The notes: generated by a model from the sequence alone, not told the origin. A stretch of DNA of 64,000 nt from Halobacteriovoraceae bacterium (GCA_963719505.1 CAVRCF010000001.1:160001-224000); one strand, 5' to 3'. Counted from the stretch's first letter, positions 28,508 to 39,469 are shown. Translations and numbers: made by a program.

Positions 28508-29272
28508 ATGATTAACAACAGAAACCTTCTGGTTATTACTACCTTAACTCTTTCCGAAATGAAAGGACGCTATCGCAATACTTGGGCGGGCTTTTTGTGG
28601 GTTATTATCAATCCCATTATGATGTTTTCTGTCCATGCTCTTGTCTTTAAGCATATTCTAAAACTTGATATCGATAGGTATTACGTTTTTCTTTTGGGTG
28701 GACTTCTCCCTTGGATTTTTGTCTCTTCAACTCTTACGATGACAAGTAATACTCTTATCACTTCGCGAGAGGTCCTTTTGTCCTTTCAAATAAGTCCCAT
28801 CGCGATAATGGGCTCAAAAGTCATTGATAACTTTATTAACTTTCTGGCTCCTTTTTTACTGCTCTTTGGAATCCTTTGTTTTCAAGAAGATTTTAACTGG
28901 ATTGGTCTCCTATCAGTACCTTTGTCGATGCTTTTTCTCTTCATCAGTACCTACGCCATCTCTATTTTCACGGCCATTCTTCAAGTCTACTTGAGAGACG
29001 TTCAATACATTTTAACCTTTGGACTAAGTCTTCTTTATTTTTTAACACCAATATTTTATCCTCGATCCATGGTCCCCGACAATATCGCCTGGATTGTCGA
29101 CATAAATCCAATCTACGCTATCGTGAGACCCTTTCAAGTAGCCCTCTATAACTTTGATTCTGAACTACTGGCCCAGGCTCTTTGGAACTCTTTTGGTGTA
29201 ACTGTCATTATGATCGTTGCGGCGATCACTTTTTGGAGGAGCAAAAGAAATGAACTCTACCTCTACATCTGA
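28508..29272 (+). CDS. ABC-2 polysaccharide export permease (Wzm/TagG-like)
   Basis: KGRYRNTWAGFLWVIINP, LRDVQYIL, YFLTPIFYP, INPIY. Confidence 0.88.
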   Translation: MINNRNLLVITTLTLSEMKGRYRNTWAGFLWVIINPIMMFSVHALVFKHILKLDIDRYYVFLLGGLLPWIFVSSTLTMTSNTLITSREVLLSFQISPIAIMGSKVIDNFINFLAPFLLLFGILCFQEDFNWIGLLSVPLSMLFLFISTYAISIFTAILQVYLRDVQYILTFGLSLLYFLTPIFYPRSMVPDNIAWIVDINPIYAIVRPFQVALYNFDSELLAQALWNSFGVTVIMIVAAITFWRSKRNELYLYI

Positions 29273-30026
29273 TGTTATTTTAACAATTCAAAATCTTGAT
29301 ATCACTTATAAATCTTCTCTTTTCCATGGAAGAAGTTTAAGAGACACCTTTACAGAAGCACTCTCTAGTCCGTTAAAGTTTTTAATGAGAAGACCAAAAA
29401 ACTTGGAGCTTCTCAAGAATATCTCATTTGAGTTAAAAAAAGGCGACAGACTCGCTCTCATTGGTGTCAATGGTTGTGGAAAAACTTCTCTTTGTCGGGC
29501 TATAGCAGGTATGCATGGAACTCAAGATAAAATTAAAGTTAACGGAGAGGTCAGAGCTATTTTCAATACTAATGTTGTCATTCAGCCAGAACTTTCAGGC
29601 ATTGAAAATGCAAATATTCTTGTGAACCTTCTCCACACAAAATACTCCAAAAAGGAGAGACAAGAAATTGTAGATGAGTCTTTACAGTTTAGTGGTTTAG
29701 GAGAATTTAAGTATTCAGCCTTTAAGTATTATTCAAAAGGGATGAAAGCCAGACTCTTTCTCAGTATTGTCTCAGCCAAGCCTTGTGACTTATTAATTCT
29801 CGACGAAGTATTCGATGGTGCAGACGAATTTTTTAACGAAAAGATCTCAACACGAATAAAAAATACAATTGAAGATTCAAGTGCTGTTATTTTTATTAGT
29901 CACTCCTCACATTTAATCAAAGAAGTCTGCAACAGGGCCATTGTACTTGATCAAAATAAGATTTCATTTGATGGCTCTCCAGATGATGCAGTCGCGCTCT
30001 ACAAGAAACTCAATCGTGAAGATTAG
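29250..30026 (+). CDS. ABC polysaccharide export ATPase (Wzt/TagH-like, no C-terminal carbohydrate-binding domain)
   Basis: Walker A GVNGCGKT, signature YSKGMKARL, Walker B LILDE, ISH; GGAGG RBS before the ATG at 29250. Confidence 0.88.
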   Translation: MNSTSTSDVILTIQNLDITYKSSLFHGRSLRDTFTEALSSPLKFLMRRPKNLELLKNISFELKKGDRLALIGVNGCGKTSLCRAIAGMHGTQDKIKVNGEVRAIFNTNVVIQPELSGIENANILVNLLHTKYSKKERQEIVDESLQFSGLGEFKYSAFKYYSKGMKARLFLSIVSAKPCDLLILDEVFDGADEFFNEKISTRIKNTIEDSSAVIFISHSSHLIKEVCNRAIVLDQNKISFDGSPDDAVALYKKLNRED

Positions 30027-30405
30027 CTTTGAGCAGTTTCTTGTAAGAAAAGCGAGATTAAAACCGAACACCAAAGTTAAAATTATAACCGGATCAATGG
30101 AGCCATTTATTCACGCTGGAGAGATTGTTGAATGCTCACCACAACCCTACTCAGAGCTTGAAATCGGCACTCCAATTATTTTTTGGAGTGAAGAGAAACT
30201 TATCTGTCATTTTTTGATGGAAAAATACACAAAAGAGAATAAAGAATTCTTTGTCACAAAAGGCTTAAACTCGCTTAAGGCCGATAAAGAAAATACGCCA
30301 GACTTTTATTTTGGTGTGGTTACCAATCCAAAAATATCTAAATTCAAAAGAAAGTTATTTAACTTTTTATCTCTTTTTTCAAAGAAAGACGAAATTGAGA
30401 AATAG
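30016..30405 (+). CDS. S26-like (signal-peptidase-fold) Ser/His peptidase without a TM anchor
   Basis: ITGSMEPFIHAGEIV, LICHF and FVTKGLNS...D resemble SipW/S26B boxes; GTG start overlaps the end of wzt. Confidence 0.65.
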   Translation: MKISFEQFLVRKARLKPNTKVKIITGSMEPFIHAGEIVECSPQPYSELEIGTPIIFWSEEKLICHFLMEKYTKENKEFFVTKGLNSLKADKENTPDFYFGVVTNPKISKFKRKLFNFLSLFSKKDEIEK

Positions 30406-31321
30406 CGAATTCATAAAAATCAATATTGTGCAAAGCCAACGGTATGCTTGAGAGTCTTAACTTTATAAGGTGTTCTAGTGTTGAATCATTTAAGTTCGAA
30501 ACTTCTCCGACCTTAATTTTATGATAAGGAGAAACATCTAAAGTTAATATTGGCTTTTTAATCAACTCTTTTGGCTTATTCACAAATTGAGCGCCTTTAG
30601 AGGCAAAGATGAAGTCTAGATAATCGCTATAAATAAGAAAGTGATCAGCATCTAAATTAAAAAAGCCATAATTTTGATCTACTTTACTCCAGTCCAAGGC
30701 TTTATACTCATTGTGTTCAACGACATCAAATCCGAAGTTTCTGTAGAGCGCTTTTTTATAATCGTTATAATAGCTTTGCTCATTAGTATGAAGACTTAGG
30801 AATCTATCTCTCCCATAGACATTTGAATGTATCTTAATATCTTTTGGGAAGCTATTTTCTAATTTTTCCTGCGCTGTTTGTAAGAGAAAATTTTCCTTCG
30901 TCGGAGTCCCTGTAAAAACACCTGTGGAATATTTTAAAACTGAATCATCATACTGAAACTCATACAATAAAGTGTTTTGTCCCCACCCTTTAGGTATAAG
31001 ATACTCAAATTTTGAAGGGATCAAGATCACAGTTTTAAAATTATCTATTGGCTTAGGATTTTTTAAGAAAAATTGTAAAAGTCCAAAGTATCCATCCCTT
31101 AAAGTAATCACTGGGTATGTCGCCATAGCTTGTATATTCAAATAGTCCACGACAAAAGAGGCGTTAAGTTCAGTATAATAGCGCTCAGTCGATGGGATAT
31201 GTCTCCAATAAATATCTCGAGAAGGCCCAGTAACCCCCTGCTCTTCCCATCGTTTAAGAACAAGGTCTGTTCTTTTTAGGGAATCTATCTGTTTATTGAG
31301 AATCTGAAGCATAGACATCAT
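30359..31321 (-). CDS. Hypothetical protein co-transcribed with the glycosyltransferase
   Basis: 320-aa ORF overlapping the 3' end of the GT4 gene; no motif recognised. Confidence 0.65.
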   Translation of the reverse strand: MMSMLQILNKQIDSLKRTDLVLKRWEEQGVTGPSRDIYWRHIPSTERYYTELNASFVVDYLNIQAMATYPVITLRDGYFGLLQFFLKNPKPIDNFKTVILIPSKFEYLIPKGWGQNTLLYEFQYDDSVLKYSTGVFTGTPTKENFLLQTAQEKLENSFPKDIKIHSNVYGRDRFLSLHTNEQSYYNDYKKALYRNFGFDVVEHNEYKALDWSKVDQNYGFFNLDADHFLIYSDYLDFIFASKGAQFVNKPKELIKKPILTLDVSPYHKIKVGEVSNLNDSTLEHLIKLRLSSIPLALHNIDFYEFAISQFRLSLKKEIKS

Positions 31322-32570
31322 AAAGCTCCCTATAATTTGAGTTTAAAGTCTTCTCATCTTCATCGAAAAAGACTTTGATTCTTAACCCTTCTAAACGGGC
31401 CAATGTTGAAAAGAAATGATTAAAACCACTAAAGAGCTCAAGGTCTTTTCCAAGTTCTGTTTTAAGTAATTTCGCAACAGAAGTTACGCTGCAGTAATCA
31501 TTAAAGTTTTTTGCATCTTTGATTCTACTTTCAGGTTTAAAGCTATCTAGTTGTGAAAATGCTTTATCGACGCTCTCTTCTACAATTTCGGGCTCTCTGC
31601 GCCCTAAAAAAGTTTTAACAACCTTGGTCGTTTTATTAATTTGGAATGATTTAAAGCCAGCCCAATCTGAAAGTAATAAAGGAGATCCACAACACCCAGC
31701 TTCCGCGACGCTCATTCCATAGTCTTCATCGTGGTAGGTGCTTAAAGAAACAAAATAATCAGCACTATTATAATAGTCTACAAGATCTGTGTTCTTAACC
31801 ATTCCAATAAACTTAACTCTCTGTTTTGTATCGTCATGACACTTATCCAGTGTTTTCTTCCATTTTCTATAAAACTCCCCTTCAAACTCGTGGATCCCAC
31901 CAAAGGAGAATCCTATGGAGTCGAAAGCTCCAGCAAGAACGAGGTAAGTATTTTTATCAATCGATGAGTTTTTAAGTGCTCTTTCAAAACCCTCTACAAG
32001 TTCGCAGATCTTTTTTTGTGTCGACAAACGGCCCGTATAAAGGAGAACACGAGAGTCTTTAGGGAGGTTATAAATCTCTCTGATATCCTTTGGATCAGTC
32101 TTGTAGTAAAACTCTTTCGCATCGACTGGGAATGGGACTTTATAAACACTGTGCCCATTTAGACACTTTTTAACTAATCCTACTTGTGCATCAGAGGCAC
32201 AGAAGAACTTCACTCTTCTATCCTTCAGATACTTTGCGCTTGCCAACCAATTTCGAAATAAGAGAGTGAAGTCTCCATAAACATGGATGTAGATATCTGT
32301 CTTTAAATTAGAAGACTGAGTAAATAATTGCTTGAGGACATTAAGAGGGTGAGGTTTATGATCCAGAAAGATAAGTTTATCTGGTTTATGCACAATAATA
32401 GAATCAACTAATCCACTGAGAGTGAAATTTTCATCTTCAAAATTGTAATTAAGCCTAACGATTTCATCGTCTTTAAAAGCTTCATCATAAGCAGACAATA
32501 AATTCTTTACTATTTTAGTACAACTAAACCAGTTCGATTCGCTAAATGAATAGATTAAAGCTATTTTCAT
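31293..32570 (-). CDS. Glycosyltransferase family 4 (GT-B)
   Basis: LLYTGRLSTQKK, YNSADYFVSLSTYHDEDYGMSVAEA. Confidence 0.85.
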   Translation of the reverse strand: MKIALIYSFSESNWFSCTKIVKNLLSAYDEAFKDDEIVRLNYNFEDENFTLSGLVDSIIVHKPDKLIFLDHKPHPLNVLKQLFTQSSNLKTDIYIHVYGDFTLLFRNWLASAKYLKDRRVKFFCASDAQVGLVKKCLNGHSVYKVPFPVDAKEFYYKTDPKDIREIYNLPKDSRVLLYTGRLSTQKKICELVEGFERALKNSSIDKNTYLVLAGAFDSIGFSFGGIHEFEGEFYRKWKKTLDKCHDDTKQRVKFIGMVKNTDLVDYYNSADYFVSLSTYHDEDYGMSVAEAGCCGSPLLLSDWAGFKSFQINKTTKVVKTFLGRREPEIVEESVDKAFSQLDSFKPESRIKDAKNFNDYCSVTSVAKLLKTELGKDLELFSGFNHFFSTLARLEGLRIKVFFDEDEKTLNSNYRELYDVYASDSQ

Positions 32571-32655
32571 ATGAACTCTTTCTTATTTACTATATGATTA
32601 ATCACAATATTTTAGTACGAAGATGAATGGAATCACAAATTATTAAGGACTTTTA

Positions 32656-35217
32656 ATGCAAATTGACAAAGTAGTTACCAAAAACGGACTAGAAACGCTT
32701 TTCGTAAATTCTCCCGGAGCAACATCGGCCAGTGTTCAGTTCTGGTTTCGTGCAGGTAGCGCGTTAGAGAAGAAAGAAGACGAAGGAATAGCACACTTTT
32801 TGGAACATATGTTTTTCAAAGGTACCAAAAAAAGACCTGGGGCCAAGATCGCTCATGAAGTTGAATCATTTGGCGGAGAGATTAATGCTTTCACCTCTTT
32901 TGACTATACTTGTTATTATATTAACACGCCCGTTAACTCTTTAAATAAAACAGTCGATATTCTTATGGACATGGTTGCTAACCCTGAATTTTTAGAAAAA
33001 GAATTGATCCCCGAAAGAGAGGTCGTCTTTGAAGAGTTTAGAAGAGCTCTTGATAACCCAAATCAATTCAACTTTAAAAACCTTCAAGAGTCATCTTTCA
33101 CTAAAGGTTACGCTCATCAAATTCTAGGTTCAGAAAAAACGATTAAAAACTTTTCCAGAGAGCAATTAATAAATTTTAGAAATAAATTTTATAATATTGA
33201 AAACTCACTACTTATCGTCGCTGGTGAAATTGAATCAATGGATAAACTTGTGAATCAAATCGAGAAGTTTTCTATCCCTAGTGGAGAGAAAAGTCGTTTC
33301 CCCAAATTTGAGGTCCAAAAGAAACCGGCTTTGAATATTCACTCTAAACAAGTCAATCAATGTACAGCAACTTTTACTTTTCAAGCTCCCGAGTATTTAA
33401 ACCCTACATCTGCCGCAGAGGACTTGGCTTTAAACTGTCTGGCTTTTGGTGAGATTTCTCCTCTTTATAAAGAACTTGTAACGAAAAAGAATCTTTTGAG
33501 TGGTCTTAGTGGATCAACAATGTTTTTTAGTAATGGTGGAGTCCACTTTTTTAAGTTTGCCTGTCCAACTGAAAACCTAAACCAATCATTTATTGAACTT
33601 GAAAAAGCCTTAAAGAATGTTCTTAAGAACGGATTTACCGATATTGATGCTGATAGAATCAAGAAACAGTATATCGCCTCCAAAATCTACGAGCGTGAAT
33701 CAATAGAAGCCTATTCATTCTCTCTCGGTCACGGTTTTGCTCAAAATGGAAACATCCACTCTGAAGAAGACTTTATAAATCTCATAAAAAACACAACCGT
33801 TGAAGAAATAAGTTTAGCCTTGGTTGAGCTTTTTAAAAGAAATCTTCACGTCACGATTCAAAAGCCAGAGGAATTAAGCACCAAAGGATTACCAAAGATC
33901 GTAGAAACATTTAGAAAAAGTATTAAAACCTATGCTGAAAATCTTAAAGGCTTAAAAGATAACACCTTAATCGAGACGAGTAAGTATGACGAAAACTTAA
34001 AAGAAGTCACAATAAAAAAGGGAATTAAACTTCTTTACCGTCAAAACACGATGACACCAACATTTGTTCTTCACGCTTACCTCAAAGGAGGCTTAGCATT
34101 CGAGACCCAACAGACAAATAGCTTTTATTATTTTCTCTCAAGACTAATGACTTACGGCTATGGAAAAGTTGCATTCGAAGATTTAAAAAGAGACCTTGAA
34201 ACCAAGTCAGCCTACCTTAATGGCTTTTCAGGAAAAAACGCTTACGGTCTTACTCTTCACGGACTTACCGATAACTTCGAAAGTTTAGGTGATCATTTTT
34301 TTGGTACACTTCTAAACCCTAAGATACCTAATGACTATCTGTCCGTAGAGAAAGAACTTATTAAACGAACTCTCCATAATCACAAGCAAGATCCAGTTAA
34401 ACAATGCTTTAAAACCTTTAATGATTTCGTGTTTAATAAGCATCCATATTCTATGAGTATTATAGGCGAGGAGAGCACACTCAAGTCTGTCAAAAAGAAA
34501 AGTCTTATTGACCTTCACAAATCAAGACTTGAAAAATCAGAAATAGTTTTCACATACTGCGGTGACCTCTCTCTTTCAAAAGTCAAAAAATTGATTCAAG
34601 AAAAAACAAAGGATCTTAAACCTAGAAAGAAAGAGAAGGGCCTAAAGAATAAAATCAATCCTCTCAATGGAGAATCAACCCATATTGAATTTGACCGCGA
34701 ACAGACACATGTCTTTATTGGGAAGCCTGCTTTTTCAATTCATGACAAAGATGATCTTTACTTAAAAATGATCACCGCCTACCTCTCAGGACAATCATCG
34801 GAGCTATTTGTAGAGGTAAGAGATAAACAAGGTTTATGCTACTCTGTTCAACCAATCCACCATACTGCTCTAGAAGCTGGGTACTGGGGAATATATATCG
34901 GCGCTGGTAAAGACAAGGTTGAAGCGGCTCTCAAGGCCATTAAGAAAATCTTAGGGAAGCTTCAAAAGAAGGGACTTTCTAAGTCTGAGTTTGATAGAAT
35001 AAAGAAAATGCTGGACGGACAAAATCAACTAGCAATCCAAACAAACGAAGACTATGCAAATTTCTATAGTATCCCTGTTCTTCACGACCTGGGTGTTGAT
35101 TACCAACACGAAACCTATGAGCAGATTAGAAGTGCAAAGCATGAAGACTTTAATAAATTTCTAGCTCAGTTCTTTGATACAAAATGGAATACGATTACAG
35201 TTGGACCAACAGTTTAA
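32656..35217 (+). CDS. M16 (pitrilysin-family) zinc protease
   Basis: Inverted zinc motif HFLEH, GGEINAFTS, VVFEE, LFVEVRDKQGLCYSV. Confidence 0.92.
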   Translation: MQIDKVVTKNGLETLFVNSPGATSASVQFWFRAGSALEKKEDEGIAHFLEHMFFKGTKKRPGAKIAHEVESFGGEINAFTSFDYTCYYINTPVNSLNKTVDILMDMVANPEFLEKELIPEREVVFEEFRRALDNPNQFNFKNLQESSFTKGYAHQILGSEKTIKNFSREQLINFRNKFYNIENSLLIVAGEIESMDKLVNQIEKFSIPSGEKSRFPKFEVQKKPALNIHSKQVNQCTATFTFQAPEYLNPTSAAEDLALNCLAFGEISPLYKELVTKKNLLSGLSGSTMFFSNGGVHFFKFACPTENLNQSFIELEKALKNVLKNGFTDIDADRIKKQYIASKIYERESIEAYSFSLGHGFAQNGNIHSEEDFINLIKNTTVEEISLALVELFKRNLHVTIQKPEELSTKGLPKIVETFRKSIKTYAENLKGLKDNTLIETSKYDENLKEVTIKKGIKLLYRQNTMTPTFVLHAYLKGGLAFETQQTNSFYYFLSRLMTYGYGKVAFEDLKRDLETKSAYLNGFSGKNAYGLTLHGLTDNFESLGDHFFGTLLNPKIPNDYLSVEKELIKRTLHNHKQDPVKQCFKTFNDFVFNKHPYSMSIIGEESTLKSVKKKSLIDLHKSRLEKSEIVFTYCGDLSLSKVKKLIQEKTKDLKPRKKEKGLKNKINPLNGESTHIEFDREQTHVFIGKPAFSIHDKDDLYLKMITAYLSGQSSELFVEVRDKQGLCYSVQPIHHTALEAGYWGIYIGAGKDKVEAALKAIKKILGKLQKKGLSKSEFDRIKKMLDGQNQLAIQTNEDYANFYSIPVLHDLGVDYQHETYEQIRSAKHEDFNKFLAQFFDTKWNTITVGPTV

Positions 35218-35222
35218 GTTAG

Positions 35223-35768
35223 TTATGAGGCGATAGTTGAATCTGTCGCCGAGTTCTTTAGAATAAACTCAGCTTGATCTTGGAAAAAAGATTCGCGTCC
35301 AATTGACTTAATCATAAGTGCAAGGTGATCAAAGCTTGAAGCCATCATTCTATAAAAATGAGGGACCCCCATAAAGTTTTGATCCAACTCATGCATTTTT
35401 GAATAAGCCGTTTTTCCTATCTCTGTGTAATAGTTTTTAGTTATTAATTTCTTGTTAATGGAAGCCTCAAACATGCTCGTCAACACAAGTGTGGAGTCTG
35501 CTATATCCTTATAGACTTTCTCCTTAACGGCCTTGGTTTCACTCTCTGCTTTAAGCAGTGCTAAACCATATATTTTCTCCGTGACCTTATCTCCAGAAAA
35601 ATCAAAGTACATTGATGACTGTGCATATTTATTTAAAACATTACTAGAATAGAAAAGAGTCTCTTCCGGAAGCGGGCAGACTGCTGACTTGTTGAGCTCA
35701 TAGAGCTTATCGAAAAAATATGTAGATAGGTTTGAAACTTGAATAATTTCTAATTTAGATTTCTTCAT
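35223..35768 (-). CDS. Conserved hypothetical protein
   Basis: 181 aa; YKDIADSTL...YYTEIGKTAY resembles a widespread uncharacterised proteobacterial family. Confidence 0.65.
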   Translation of the reverse strand: MKKSKLEIIQVSNLSTYFFDKLYELNKSAVCPLPEETLFYSSNVLNKYAQSSMYFDFSGDKVTEKIYGLALLKAESETKAVKEKVYKDIADSTLVLTSMFEASINKKLITKNYYTEIGKTAYSKMHELDQNFMGVPHFYRMMASSFDHLALMIKSIGRESFFQDQAEFILKNSATDSTIAS

Positions 35769-35856
35769 CCTTAATAGTATAGCATATTGCTAAATTGCTA
35801 TTAAAGACCGACATTTTTGCCCAAAATAAGTTTTTATTCAAAGTGATTTTAAGTAT

Positions 35857-36354
35857 TTACTCTTCGATCTCAATCATAAGGTGCCCAGAATCAATGGCTT
35901 GCCCTTCAGTAACATTAACAGTTTTTACAACACCGTCACAGCCAGCTTTGATTTCATTTTCCATCTTCATCGCTTCAAGAATCAAAAGAGTATCACCCTG
36001 ATTTACGACTGCACCTTCTGTGGTCAAGACTTTAACAATCTTCCCTGGCATGTCAGTAATCAGTTCACCTGCGTTTGCATTTGAGAGGCCTGATGGTTTA
36101 TATCCTCTATAAACTTTCATCGTCTCATTAATATTAACCAAGCCATCAAGGCTTGAGATTGTTGGAGCTTTCTCCCACGTTACTTGGTCTTCTGAAAGAT
36201 AGTTTTTACCTGCGAGGTTTTTAACAAAGTACTGATTATTTGTTTTATTCTCACCCGTAATATTAAACGCAATGACACCGTTTCTATTTTTTTGTTTAGA
36301 CGTAATATCAAAAGAAACTTCTTTTCCCTCAGAATTTATAATGTAGTACTTCAT
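35857..36354 (-). CDS. Biotin carboxyl carrier subunit of an acyl-CoA carboxylase
   Basis: MPGKIV and biotinylation motif LEAMKMENEI. Confidence 0.9.
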   Translation of the reverse strand: MKYYIINSEGKEVSFDITSKQKNRNGVIAFNITGENKTNNQYFVKNLAGKNYLSEDQVTWEKAPTISSLDGLVNINETMKVYRGYKPSGLSNANAGELITDMPGKIVKVLTTEGAVVNQGDTLLILEAMKMENEIKAGCDGVVKTVNVTEGQAIDSGHLMIEIEE

Positions 36355-36387
36355 CTCTCTCTCTTTGAATAATCTTCTCTCAAAAGA

Positions 36388-37818
36388 TTAATTCCTATTT
36401 AAAATGTTTGCTTCAATGGCCACTGCTTTCTTATAAAGATTCTCAACTTTTATAAGATCAGCGACACCATCTTGTGGTCTAACTTGACTAATATAATTTG
36501 TCGTATAGTTTCCAGCAATAAAATTTTCTTCTTCTAAAATGATTTTATGAAGAGGAACATTTGTTTTAATACCTTCGATATACAATCCACTTAAAGCGCT
36601 ACGCATCTTACGTAACACTACATGTCTATTATGTCCACGGCCAATCAACTTTCCAATCATAGGGTCAAAGTCTGGTTTGACTTCTAAGCCATCGAAAATA
36701 CAGTGGTCAAATCTAATGCCCTGTCCAAAAGTTGTCTCAAACCCATTAACTTTTCCAGGTGCCGGAAGCATTGTATGTGCATCTTCTGCACAAATTCGAC
36801 ATTCAATTGAATGCCCCATAATTCTAATCTCTTCTTGAGACTTTATATCCATATCTTCACCTAGTGCGGCTTTGATCATATTTGCAACCAAGTCCACCCC
36901 AGTGATCTCTTCCGTAATAGGATGTTCAACTTGAATTCGAGTATTCATTTCAAGAAAGTAGAAAGATCTATCCTCCCCCATGATAAACTCAACTGTTCCA
37001 GCGGAGTTATAGTTTACTGCTCTAGCAAGCTTTACTGCTGTCTCACAAACTTCTAATCTCAGCTTTTCATCTTCGCCAATAAATGGAGATGGAGCTTCTT
37101 CAATAATTTTTTGATGCCTTCTTTGAACAGAACACTCTCTTTCAAAGCAGTGAAAAATATTACCTTTATTATCAGCGATGATTTGAACTTCTATATGGTG
37201 GGGATTTAAAATAAATTTTTCAACTAACACACCTGGATTTCCAAAAGAAGAAAGTGCTTCTCGCCTTACAGCTTCAAAGTTCTTATCTAAATCTGCTTCT
37301 GTTTCACAAACCCTCATCCCTTTTCCACCGCCACCAGCGACTGCTTTCAAAAGAACGGGATACCCAATATCTTTTGCTATTGCTGCTGCTTCCTTAGCCG
37401 ATTCAATCTCACCAGTCGACCCTGGAACAACTGGAACTCCTGCATCCTTTGCCATTCCCTTAGAGATGGCTTTATCTCCCATCTTATGGATAGCATCTGC
37501 ATGAGGTCCAATAAAAGCGACCTTTAGATCTTCTAATCTTTTACAAAAGTCTGTGTTTTCCGAAAGAAATCCATACCCAGGATGAACTGCATCTATTTTG
37601 TGCGCTTTAATATGCGAGATGATTTGATCCATATTGAGGTAAGTTTCAGTATTATCTTTACCTTCTAGGTGTATCCACTGATCACAATACTCTAAATGGG
37701 CAGGCTCTTTTTCATTATCAGTCCAAAAACCAACAGCCACATGCCCAAGCTCCCTGGCTGCTTTGGCAACTCTAATAGCGATCTCGCCTCTATTACAAAT
37801 TAATATTTTCTTTTTCAT
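36388..37818 (-). CDS. Biotin carboxylase subunit (propionyl/acetyl-CoA carboxylase alpha-type)
   Basis: NRGEIAIR, HPGYGFLSEN, GGGGKGMR, ERECSVQRRHQK, EMNTRIQVEH. Confidence 0.93.
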   Translation of the reverse strand: MKKKILICNRGEIAIRVAKAARELGHVAVGFWTDNEKEPAHLEYCDQWIHLEGKDNTETYLNMDQIISHIKAHKIDAVHPGYGFLSENTDFCKRLEDLKVAFIGPHADAIHKMGDKAISKGMAKDAGVPVVPGSTGEIESAKEAAAIAKDIGYPVLLKAVAGGGGKGMRVCETEADLDKNFEAVRREALSSFGNPGVLVEKFILNPHHIEVQIIADNKGNIFHCFERECSVQRRHQKIIEEAPSPFIGEDEKLRLEVCETAVKLARAVNYNSAGTVEFIMGEDRSFYFLEMNTRIQVEHPITEEITGVDLVANMIKAALGEDMDIKSQEEIRIMGHSIECRICAEDAHTMLPAPGKVNGFETTFGQGIRFDHCIFDGLEVKPDFDPMIGKLIGRGHNRHVVLRKMRSALSGLYIEGIKTNVPLHKIILEEENFIAGNYTTNYISQVRPQDGVADLIKVENLYKKAVAIEANILNRN

Positions 37819-37833
37819 CTTTGTTCCTAGTTT

Positions 37834-39396
37834 TTAAAGAGGTATGTTTCCGTGTTTTCTAACTGGTCTTACTTCTTTTTTATCTTGAAGAAACTCTAGA
37901 TACTTAAAAATCTTAGACCTTGTTTCTTCTGGAAAAATAACTTCATCTATATAACCTAAAGAGGCTGCTTTATAAGGGTTGGCAAATTGTTCTTCGTAAT
38001 CAGCAACAAGTTGCGCTTTCTTCTTATCAAACGCCTCACCTTCAAGTCCCTTGAGCTCATTTCTAAAAATGATATTAACCGCTCCATCCGCACCCATAAC
38101 AGCGATCTCAGAAGTAGGATAAGCCAAGTTTATATCTGCTCCGATATGCTTTGATGCCATAACATCGTACGCTCCACCATAAGCCTTTCTCGTGATCAAA
38201 GTTATTTGTGGGACGGTTGCTTCACTATACGCATAAAGAAGCTTTGCTCCGTGACGAATGATTCCACCATACTCTTGTGTTGTCCCAGGCAAAAACCCAG
38301 GGACATCCACTAAAGTTAAAAGTGGAATTTCAAAAGCATCACAAAAACGAATAAATCTCGCCGCCTTTGTCGATGAATCGATATCAAGACAGCCAGCTAA
38401 AACAGCCGGTTGATTACCAATAATCCCAACCTTAAAACCACCAACCGATGCAAAGCCGCAAATAATGTTCTTAGCAAAATCTCTTTGGTACTCTAAAAAG
38501 TGTTTATCATCGACGACTTCCATGATGATTTCTTTCATGTCATAAGGTTTTTTTGAATTCACTGGCACGAAGTCTTTTAATTTATTATTTTCACGAATGA
38601 CCGAGTCTGTGGTGAATTTATTAACCGGCTTTGTGAAATTACAATTTGGTAAGAATGATAAAAGCTCTCTTGTTCTTTCCAAACAATCATCCTCATCCGT
38701 ACAGATGAAGTGTGCCACTCCTGATTTTTCATTATGCGTATGGGCTCCACCGAGCTGATCTTTAGTTACTTCTTCATGAGTTACAGTCTTCACAACCTCT
38801 GGCCCAGTGACGAACATGTAAGAGGTTTTATCCACCATAAAAATAAAGTCAGTCATTGCCGGAGAATAGACGGCTCCACCTGCACAAGGCCCCATAATAA
38901 GGGAAATCTGTGGTATCACACCTGATGCTTGGACGTTTCGATGGAAAATATCTGCATAGCCTGCAAGGGACTCAACACCCTCTTGAATTCTGGCCCCACC
39001 TGAATCGTTTATACCAATAACAGGGATTCTATTTTCAATTGCAAAATCCATGATCTTACATATTTTCTTTGCATACGCCATCCCAAGCGCTCCCCCCCAA
39101 CAGGTAAAGTCCTGAGAGAAGATGGCAACTCTTTGGCCATTAATTTTCCCAACACCTGTGATAACACCATCACCAAGAAACTTTTGTTTTTCAAGTCCAA
39201 ATGAATGACTGTTGTGAGTGACAAACTTGTCAAACTCTAGAAATGAATTTGGATCTACTAATTTTTCAACCCTTTCTCTAGCTGTATATTTTCCTTGGTC
39301 GTGCTGACGCGCAATTCTCTGCTCGCCTCCACCAAGAAGTGCTTTTTGATTTTGTGACTCTAAGAGATCTCTTTTATCCTGATTGGAAAGCGACAT
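37834..39396 (-). CDS. pccB: Acyl-CoA carboxylase carboxyltransferase (PccB-like)
   Basis: [45 protein letters not shown]. Confidence 0.9.
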   Translation of the reverse strand: MSLSNQDKRDLLESQNQKALLGGGEQRIARQHDQGKYTARERVEKLVDPNSFLEFDKFVTHNSHSFGLEKQKFLGDGVITGVGKINGQRVAIFSQDFTCWGGALGMAYAKKICKIMDFAIENRIPVIGINDSGGARIQEGVESLAGYADIFHRNVQASGVIPQISLIMGPCAGGAVYSPAMTDFIFMVDKTSYMFVTGPEVVKTVTHEEVTKDQLGGAHTHNEKSGVAHFICTDEDDCLERTRELLSFLPNCNFTKPVNKFTTDSVIRENNKLKDFVPVNSKKPYDMKEIIMEVVDDKHFLEYQRDFAKNIICGFASVGGFKVGIIGNQPAVLAGCLDIDSSTKAARFIRFCDAFEIPLLTLVDVPGFLPGTTQEYGGIIRHGAKLLYAYSEATVPQITLITRKAYGGAYDVMASKHIGADINLAYPTSEIAVMGADGAVNIIFRNELKGLEGEAFDKKKAQLVADYEEQFANPYKAASLGYIDEVIFPEETRSKIFKYLEFLQDKKEVRPVRKHGNIPL

Positions 39397-39438
39397 ATCT
39401 ACTCCTTAATATTTAAGTCGTATTTATACCTTTTTGGT

Positions 39439-39469
39439 AAAAAAAAGGAAAGCCATTGGCCTTCCTTTT
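39439..39469 (-). terminator. Intrinsic terminator after the sigma-54 activator
   Basis: Minus strand GGAAGGCC-AAT-GGCTTTCC followed by T8. Confidence 0.7.

Noticed and set aside
39397-39440. Sigma-54 promoter for the carboxylase operon driven by the adjacent activator
   Set aside because: No TGGC-N8-TGC (-24/-12) motif is present in the intergenic sequence.
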